Below, one piece after another: positions 54,584-64,000 of a stretch of 64,000 nucleotides of DNA. Source of the DNA: Tubiluchus corallicola (taxonomy: Eukaryota > Animalia > Priapulida). A program made the position numbers and the translations under genes. Position 1 is the stretch's first letter; the number at the start of each line of letters is the position of its first letter. Where the stretch lies: contig JAQGDQ010000046.1 in assembly GCA_030141605.1 (NCBI GenBank), positions 124,001 through 188,000 on the forward strand, in the 5' to 3' direction. Under the pieces are notes generated by a model. That model saw only the letters and a program-made list of their open reading frames with translations, ran no database searches and was not told where the DNA came from.

Positions 54584-56175
54584 TGGCTGCAGTTTTATAG
54601 GAAAGGCTAAATTTTAATTGAAGTTGCATAAACACGTAGGCAAAACTGGTGGACTGAAGCGTAAACTGTTTATAAATACGCTGTAAAATCTGGGCTCGTG
54701 TTGAAGCCCCACATGTCGTCAATGGTGTTAATTTGGTTAGGTTTTGCAAAATCAGAAGCTTCTACTGTTGGGAGCAGCCTAGTTTCTCAAGGCCAAATAG
54801 TTTTCCTCAGTACACTCCAATTATGAACATAGGTTGAATGGTTCTGCTTTTTTTTAAATCTGTCAAAATTGATTTAGTTTGCGTTGGCCAGCGTATTTGT
54901 GCGGCGAGAGATTTGACACGGTGCTTGAGAAATATACATTTTACAAAAAAGCGTTCTAATTACACATAAAATACTTAGTTCTACTGTGGCAGTGTGCCCC
55001 ATCTACGACTGCAAAAATCGCCTTTCATTAGTAATTAATCGCAAAATGAGTCAATTCCTCAAACAGTCACCTGTTCGAGGAGCTGCTATCAAAGCAATCA
55101 GCATTATAAATTCTATAAACAGAAAGTGAACGTAGTCAGGTTATTATGACGTACATAGTTCCAAATACGTCCTGCCCCGCTACATGCTCACGTGCACATA
55201 ACTCACTACCAGTACCGATTGTACAAGGATTCTTTCAAATCTACAGGCTACAATAAATGATCTCAAGTTTTTATAAACTCGATCAAAGTGTAACGAGAAA
55301 AGTGAACGTTGTGAGGTTATTGTCACACATCTTCCAGTAAGGCGGAAAACCGGCTTATTGCCAGCGCAAGAAAAACAGAGTTGTCTCCAGTACAGGTTGA
55401 GATTGAAATTCATGTTGAGTCTGTGAGTCGTGCTACTCATAATCACACAGAATATTGCAACTCAAAGCAGTACAATTAAATAAGGTTGCTATGAATGTGT
55501 CAACCTATGTAGCACAATTATGCAACACAACAACGGCACCGCAACCGCCTTTTCTCGTTGTTCAACGGTTGTTTTGTGGGGAGTGGGGGTGGGGTGGGGG
55601 TTGTGACGTAGTATGTCTTATCAACCAAAAATGCACGCTTTCATATTCAGCCTAAATTGAGGTTTGGCATTTTCAAGGTCTAGAAGGTTATCCGAATGGA
55701 AAAAATGCTGCAGTTTTATGATAAAAGCTATTGTTTGACTTTTACAGTTGAAAATACTCCGAAAATGTAAACATGTGGCAAATACGAAGAAACAACAAAA
55801 TAAAACAACAGTGGTCAATTTAAAAGTGCATCAAGAAAACATGTACGATACGCCGCTATTTAGCAATGCCCATTAGATGCAACCAAGGGTATTCCTCAAC
55901 ACAAAAACTTATAGACAGGCGTTAAACAGCCAAAGAGAGAGTTTAACCCGCTTCACCGAACTAACTTTAAAAGATTGTATAAAGTATATTGCAAGTGTTC
56001 GAAAAGTATTTTCAGAAGTGTTAACGGGGGATAGGGTGGTAAAAGTTAGACGAACATTGCATCTCCTCTCAACCACTAGATCTCACTACGCTGCCTGTTT
56101 TACGAATACCTACAGAACCTACTGTAAATCAACAAATATAACGGAATACACACGACAGTGCAAAAATAACATACC

Positions 56176-56254
56176 ATAACACATCGCAACACAACACAAC
56201 ATAACACATCACAACACAAAACAATATAACACAGCATAACACAACACAACATAA
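56176..56254. repeat. Imperfect (CAACA/TAACA)n pentanucleotide microsatellite
   Basis: Directly visible. Confidence 0.9.
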
Positions 56255-57161
56255 ACCAAAAAGCATATAATTTTCGAATTCATTTCAAATTGAGAATAAG
56301 ATAATGCTATAGTCCAGAAAAGTGAGAGTACAGTACTTCATCTCCATGTTACCAATTTGGCAATGGATGATTTTAAAGGCTACACGCACAAGAAAGAGCT
56401 AGTAAACACTCCTGAAGTCAAGTCTTATTCATTCATCGACCTATTTGACGTACAAAAACTTACGCATACAGGATACGCTTAAACTTCCTGGTGTTGCGAC
56501 TTTTGCCACAACTTCCGGTGCAGAAAAACCCGCCTATGAATGAACTGCAACGCGGACCAGCAGTTGCTTACCAGGAAACACCTGGTGTTACTTCACGTCT
56601 AGTTAATCAATGATTACAGTTAAGTTTTTCAAACAATATAATATTGTCTTGGTGGTTCATAATAGTTAATTAAACTTGACAGCATTTACATTGCTGATAT
56701 TACGTTTGTATGCATGTTGACCGGCCAGTTGGTTAAAAGGTGGCCAAGGTCAGGCGAAGTCATAGCATTTATTCAAAATTTACCTGCAATTATAAAACGT
56801 TTAGCGTATTACACATAACAACATACAGACAGTCAAATGGTGTCTGACACGCCATTGATAAACTGAATCACTTTATCTCGACGTCATAGATATGTCAATT
56901 TGTTTATCTGTATTTTAGTTATCAAAAATATTGTTTTGTCCGATAACTAGCTTGTTTCATTTTCCCCACAGTTCGTTTTGTTGCTCTGTTAACAGCCATA
57001 CAATTAAACGAAGTAGTGAACAATGTGACCAACTAGCAATGTTTTATATAAGAATGTACTATTACGAATTTCTGCTCCGGAAACTTCCGGATTCTATTAA
57101 CGCCGGTCAACCCAGTACGTTGAAATATTTCACGTTTGATCTGCAAGCGCTAGCGTCGTTG

Positions 57162-57392
57162 TTCTAGGCCCTAGGAGAATCGCCGATTTTTCAATCCGTT
57201 AAGTAAGGCATCCAGTTTTCCACTTTTTTTATTCATGTTTGATTTATTTGCAAACGCTAGAGTAATGTAATTTGTAGGGTAGATACCTGGGGTAGGGGTT
57301 TTGAAAATAATATGGTGACCTTGGTCAAAGGATCACGGACAGCAGACATCGGCCACTTATTTTATTGTATTTTCTAATTCTAGGGCCTCGAA
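57162..57392. mobile_element. Short non-autonomous element with 13-bp inverted ends (MITE or Helentron/HINE-like)
   Basis: ttctaggccctag (57162-57174) and ctagggcctcgaa (57380-57392) are 12/13 complementary; internal gtgaccttggtcaaaggatcac motif. Confidence 0.45.
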
Positions 57393-58525
57393 TTAAAATT
57401 CTAATTTGTTCAAGTTATATTCAAGTATTCTGGTATTGTGGATAATAACTTAGTCTTTTACATCAGTAAACCACACTGGATCAGGTATAGTCAAGTAACA
57501 AATGCGGCCATGCTCACGAATTTGGATTTGAATTCACTCAGTCTTGTTTTCACTGTACTCTCCAGTACTTAAACTTTATGTTTCATTTCAGATTTTTGCT
57601 CTTTGCAGAAACGATTTCATCACTATTTTAAAATAGCACTAAATACTGTAAAGTGAATTACATGTTTTGAGTTAGTGTGAAACATTTCTGACGAGAATCC
57701 ACAAACCTCATAGAAGCTTCTTCACTTAATTATGTGTAATAAATTTGACAACGACAGAATTATAATTATTTTGCAAAGAAATTACAAAACTAATTAGACA
57801 TTCACAATCAGACAATCACACCATAAAAACACCTGTATTAAACTGCATTAACGTTCAACGTTTTAATAACATGTTTTAATTTCCTAAGACTCTCAAGTAA
57901 AAGTAAATTAACAAGGTAACTATAAAAAAGACACAATGAAGCACTAAAACAAGCAAAGTACCGCCAATCAATCTAGTGATCAACCCAAAGTAAGAAATCC
58001 AAACAATATGTTACGAACTTGATTATGTACCTTAGGACAGAATAGTTGGCTACCGACGAAACAATAATGCCACAATAAATGGACAGCAAAAACAGAATTT
58101 AATGAGAACACTGACACTCAATTTTAAGACTTTCCAACTCTTCACCACAAATAAAACCAAGCATACAACTAAGACATATAATTCGACTTCTTACTCCGTA
58201 ACAAAGGACACGGAGAGAAGATCCGTTTGTGAATCTTCTGCTCACATGCGGTACCAAACATTCAGATCAGTAGGGGTGGATCTAAGGTAAAAACAACCGA
58301 CAGCTCATAACACCATTAACTATCTTCACTTATTACCCAAAAAGAAAAGCGGCAGTACAGTAGTAATAATATAGCTTTTACAATAATTGGCAATCCGCTG
58401 CAAATTGTACAATATAAAAGCAACATTTTTGCAAAAGAAAATTGAACTCTGATGGTCAAACAGCAGCATCCGCTCATAGCTAAAAGCAAACAGAAATAAG
58501 ACAATCATAAAATCTTATCACTCAC

Positions 58526-58670
58526 ATGACGAAACAGGTTTCTGAGTCATTGTGTGTTAACTTTCCCGATACTTAAAAAGACGACATCCCTTAGGAAAGC
58601 CGGGAAAATGATCACTTGAAGGAAAAACACAGGATGATGAGTGATAACCATGATGTGTAGAATAAACTGA
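58526..58670 (-). promoter_or_regulatory. Candidate non-coding first exon of prominin (initiator TCAGTT, donor GTGAGT)
   Basis: TCAGTT on the minus strand at 58670-58665 and donor CAT|gtgagt at 58526. Motif evidence only. Confidence 0.35.
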
Positions 58671-60086
58671 TTCAAAATACACGATGTAGGCTAAGCGGTA
58701 AATAGTACCGGATTAAAAACTGTACAAGCAAATGACGATACTTATCGTATTGATTCTTCCTACTGCTCAAATTGGATAGGTACTCTAATATTAGTACGAG
58801 AAATTTCCTAGCGAATTAAGAATGACATCTACAATTTCTATACCAAAAAATGAAATATTGTTGATATTTGCGTTAACTGACAGGACACACTTATCATTAG
58901 ATCACCGTTACGCGATCGTAAGTGAATGGAAAGCATTACATTACGGAGAAGATGTGCTCGAGTAAATTCTGATTTTTGCAAAATTAAGGAAGTCTAATCA
59001 AATACTTAATCTAACATTCTAAACCTTCAAATGTTAAGCTGAAATCCAAGTTTCTTTAACTAGTGTAAATACGTTACAAAAATTGTGTTAAAGAATGGTG
59101 TGTTTTAGTAAATTTTGAACGACAGAAAGACAACAGAAATACAGTCCATTGACACTTGGTATAGCTGCAGGTAGCAAAATCTACTGCGCTCAAGAATACC
59201 GCAGACTACATTATATATAGAAGCGTCAAAAGGCCACATTGAGTAAAAAGTCCCAAGAGCCAGAAGTCCACTCAGAGATGTGGATTTTTGAAGAAATGGG
59301 ATGTTCAACGTGAGAATTAAATCAAGATTTAATTGTAATATTTGAGAGGACATAGGTGGAGGACACCGTTGCTAACCAAAAAAATAATGTTCCCCAGGAG
59401 TTTGGGACTTTCTACTAGCTCTTGATGATAAAAGTGTTTTTGTCTTTTGGAGCAACCACTCTCACGCAAACACAATCCAGCATGAACCCAATTCAGCCAC
59501 CGCAAACAAATCAATCCGTTTCTAAACAAACGCCCGTGTTGAAAGAGAATAAATATTTTATTACTGCAGTTCATCATCCTCTTCTGTATTGATTAGACAG
59601 CATCAGTACCCAGGATGAGGATCAGTATCTCTGCAATGCGCTGCCTGGGGGTGCCACAGTGCAAATTTAAGACAAAGCCTACATGTATGTCCAAGAAATA
59701 ACAGAATTATCCATTTCTGTCTCCAAACGAAATTAATTAGGGCTTCCAATTATGTGAATTATGATTATTCAATTCAGACCAATGACGTAACCATAGTGTA
59801 TTGAATGAATAAAGTACTAAATGAAAATCTAAACTAAGTCACGTATTTATTAGCGTGGTCAGTTGGACTCAGTCAAGATAACCAAAATAAATCTTTCCTG
59901 CTGCGCACGGCTGCGTACATTGCGTAATTTTTCCTGCTGAAGGAAAATAACCTAGTAAATTTACAAAATGGTATTATATAATAGCACACCTATTATTTTA
60001 GCGAACTTAGAAAAAACCGTTTTTCGGAAAACTGCAAAAACAATCAGTCGTTGAGATACCTGACGCGTTATCGACATGTACCATCC

Positions 60087-60100
60087 GTTGCTATAGTAAC
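60087..60100. promoter_or_regulatory. RFX X-box motif upstream of prominin
   Basis: GTTGCTATAGTAAC matches the X-box consensus GTTRCYATRGYAAC, in a locally CpG-richer segment. Confidence 0.5.
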
Positions 60101-61994
60101 CATAAATAAACGATATTTCATTCCTTCACAGCGTGGTTTTAAATAGCACTGTTTGGTTTCCTGGTGTACAATAATTGTTATTTCTAATTAATGTCTTATG
60201 ATTATAATTAATTTACCACTAAGAGTGACCAGCCCTCTTGATATAATTAATCGCCACTAAATGAACAAGAATATGTAGCCAGTGTAATTAAAGTCAATTT
60301 ATCAGTAAAAATGAAAGCATTACATTAAGCGACACCCGATATTATCATGCTAGTTATCATACATAATGTCAGTGAATTAAAACGAATTTTTTTTACAATG
60401 TACCTATCTATTGAATGGTTCTAATTAAATGCTTATCTGACAGAAAGATGCATTTGGGAACATAAACACTGATGGGCATTAAACACATTCATACCAGATC
60501 CATCAAGTGCTAAATGTGCAAAATTAAAAAAAATAAAAAATATAGCCGGAAGATAAAGCTACAAAATCTCGCAAATTATCTGTATACTACTGTGACAAAA
60601 TCCTGCTGCTCTCTCCTTATTGTTGTGACCATCTATATAAGCAGACATAAAGAACAGCAATGGCGCAAATAACAAAAAAATTAATTACAGGGTACAAGAC
60701 CTTTACCTCAATTTGCTTTTGTCATGAAAAAATCGCCTTTTCAAACATTTATATGAAAACAATTCGTCATAATTAGACATACCACCACGGCAAACAGCAA
60801 TAATCACAGACAATTTCATAAATCATGCATTATTTTACTGCTAGTTAATGTCAATGATTTTCAAAAAGTTTTAAACTGGTTCATTTAAAGACAGTATAGT
60901 AGAAGATAGGAGTAAAGCTCTGGAGAGTTAAACAATGAGCTTTTAAATGCAAATAATTTCAGAAACGCTGAAGGGAGTGTATAGTAAACATTTTTAAAGG
61001 TAAAAAGCAACTACACATCACTTATAGTTTGAGGCATAAGGAATGCAAATTATAAAGCAAGCTCTTTACACACTTGTACATAACATAGGAAACTGTGCAG
61101 AATGTATTTAAAATTCTACCAAAAGTTTTCTATATAGTAACTAATTGCTATCATTTTGCTGTAAATCATATGTAAAACAGAACTGCTAAGTTATATTGCT
61201 TAATTAACATAAATGATGAAGCATGCAAAAAGACAAGAAAATGGAGATTTCTCAACAACTGAGAGCAATGTTGGGGTTGTGGACAATAATTTATACAAAG
61301 GCATTTAAGAATTTACTAAGAACGATTTTTCAAGAACTAGTATAGGGGAAGTTATTGCTTTGTTAACAAATTTCACCAGAAGAACATCAAAACACAGAAG
61401 TGAAATAAACTATTACTATCATTATAGCGAAAATGCGCATTGCTTTTGGCAATTGATCTAAAACATCTGCTCCCTATGTTCTTATAACATTTAAACTGAC
61501 TGTAGACAAAGTGTATCCTAATTAATGATAAGTCATCAGATTATACAATACAGTGCAATCTCAATTAAATGGAAAGTCAGTTGCACTTTCCTCAAGGCTG
61601 AGTGGTTGATCATTAACTAACCTAGTCTTTAGCACAACTAAATTAAGAGTAAGAGTGGCTAATCGATGACTGCCTCACCATCAAGAATGGGCAGTATTAC
61701 ATTTAAAACAAGCTTTCACACAATACGCGTACCAATTTAGTGAAAGTATGGCCTCATGTTAGTTAATGGATCTCTACATGGGGTGCATTGATGCATTATT
61801 CAGTTAACCATGACTATCTCAGTTAATTCTAAATTAAGCTAAAGATACTGTTTTTCTTGAAGTAGGCGAGGCCAACTAGGTAACTTGTAAATTCTGCTTA
61901 ATACCTAAAAATTCATAAACACTCATTAAATGTGCACAAAAGAGCTACAAACATTAAATTTTTGTCCAGGTCGGTTGGAAGTTTGAAAATGTGA

Positions 61995-62066
61995 AAATTC
62001 CGGAGTCAGATTCGAACTGAGAGCCTTTGCATTAAACGTGCAATGTCATGATCCCTAAATCACATT
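61995..62066 (-). repeat. Degenerate tRNA-derived repeat
   Basis: Minus strand ...ggctctcaGTTCGAATCtgactccggaatttt has a B-box/T-arm, and an anticodon-like hairpin tgca-cgtttaa-tgca. Downstream context resembles the 20361 copy (gaatttt?cac). Confidence 0.4.
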
Positions 62067-64000
62067 TCTCATCAGACACCTGGCAGGTATTAGTTCTGTT
62101 TTAGCAGCTTACCCAACGAAAGAAGCAATAGAACAAGTGTTAGTTTACTTATGATAGTTAGAGTAATAATCAGTAATTATACTAATTTAATTTTATGAAA
62201 TCGATTTAAAGCCTGAACTATCTGTAGGTGGTAAGCTCTTAGGATGCAGACAATAGAGGTCTATTTGATCGCATATGTAATAAAAATTGCAAACAAGTTT
62301 ATAATTACCAACTGAAAAAAGGTGCAATAAATTATTCCAAAAATAAGTGACTTGCAACCTTATGCCAATATATATAGGGCTGTACAATAAATAAACACGT
62401 TTTTGACATTCTATAATAATGCTTATTTATAATTATCTTATAAAATAGATGTCATTTAGAGTACGTCTAAGAGTTGCAAATTGCTAAAAGAAAAGCCCAC
62501 CAGTCTAACAAATTTGATAATATAATATAGATAGTTGGATACCAATTAGATATCTCAAAACTTTGTAAATCATCATGACATTTACATTTTAAAACACATA
62601 GATAACATTTTTTAAAACACAGTGTGGTGCACATTTATAATTCCCATATTACTAAGCTAACTAGCTGCGGACAGCTTTTATTCATAGAGTTATAAGCTAT
62701 GTTTGTATGTCACAGTAAGTCAGTAACAAAGGTTACTAAACGATGCACAATGCCAGAGTCAATGTTATTTACTGCAGGCAATATAAACTGTCGCTGGCAT
62801 GACGGCCAGCAATCACGCAAACATTTGTCTGCTAGTAGTTTAATTAAAAACATAAGAACAAACCAAAAATACTCGTAAAAAATAAGAACAAAAATTTTAA
62901 TATTCCAATGAATACTAGACATTTAAAGTAAAGCCCAATTAAAAGACACTATAACAATAATATAAAATTTAACAAGGTAGTAGATAAAAATTGAATGAAA
63001 ATGTAGTGACAGAAGCCCTTACATTACTTATAATTGAACAGAAATTTATTTTTTCCTCAAATTTACAGATGTTCAGTAAGTAACCACTTCCAGTCTGCTA
63101 GGGTGCAATAGATGAATAGAATACAGTAAATGTAAATAGGGCCTAATTCCTAGTACTAAATGAAAAGGAGAGAGGATAGCGAGCCAGCCAAAATGTCATC
63201 AAGTCAGCCATTCTTTTAATATGTTAAAATAGTAAATGATCACAGGCAGCACAAGGGAGTAATGAGGTGCAGACAATAATAGTACTATGTCAGCCTTAGG
63301 TTCGTGTAAATGTATTATGCATTACATTACGACAGTAAGCATTTTGACATTTGGCACACTCAACAATAACTGTCCAATCGATCTTTACAGCGAGCTACCA
63401 ATTTCAAATAGCTCGAGTTTAGTGGCATGGTTTTGGTATAACATTCTAATTTTAATTACAAACTTACACAAGACACAGCTTAAACTACAAAGAAATGACA
63501 CCCCGTGTTCAGTTTACTATTCACAAATGATTGATAATACGCCATCAATAACTATTACATTATATTGACTCACCTAAATTACTCGTATCCCATATAAGTG
63601 GAATTAATTAAAAATGCAATTAGAAATCCAACTTTTGCTCTACCACACAATCCACGTCCACTCGGCTGGTGACTGGCTGACTGCTTTGAACAGAACACTA
63701 AGCGAGTTTCCTGCTGTACATAAACAAAGACCTACTTGAATTCATTTTCGTCGCGTGCTGCCATCTGTCGTTCAGTTTAATATTTAAAATGTTTTTAGTA
63801 GTCAAAACCTTATTAGAGCAAGCAAAATAAAAATTTAATCTATAATACACACATACTGATCAAACGTCAGAATTATATATACAATATTCGGCTGATTCGA
63901 ACAGTAATCAACCTCACATAATCGTCATGTGAAACACGTCCCTAAGTAATCTCTCTTATCATTAAAATTATTAATTTTACAAAATTAATAGACAGTAATT

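Noticed and set aside
59560-59630. Hammerhead-ribozyme-like hairpin on minus (ctgatgc-tgt...aca-gaag)
   Set aside because: Two core positions deviate from CUGANGA/GAAA and no stem I or cleavage triplet can be formed.

Overview
AT-rich, intron-rich eukaryotic (invertebrate-like animal) genomic DNA, so most ORFs in the supplied track are incidental. Manual splice-site and phase reconstruction supports two minus-strand genes. The first is a complete prominin (CD133-family, 5-TM) gene with 23 coding exons at 50547->28006 (960 aa by my exon sum), candidate upstream non-coding exons out to ~63.6 kb and a 3'UTR intron. The second is a small type-I membrane protein (signal peptide, one LDL-receptor class A repeat, TM, tail ending in the PDZ-type motif -TAV) at 19675->13982. 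Nested antisense in an intron of that gene is a 101-aa Arg/Ser/Cys-rich protamine-like ORF. Mobile DNA includes a decayed CR1/L2-type LINE, a solo LTR with a 5-bp TSD, hAT-type MITEs, a Tigger/pogo remnant, tRNA-derived repeats and a 701-bp TIR element with a perfect 9-bp TSD that carries a candidate first exon for the LDLa gene. All gene models come from reading the sequence by eye; none has been checked against transcripts or databases.
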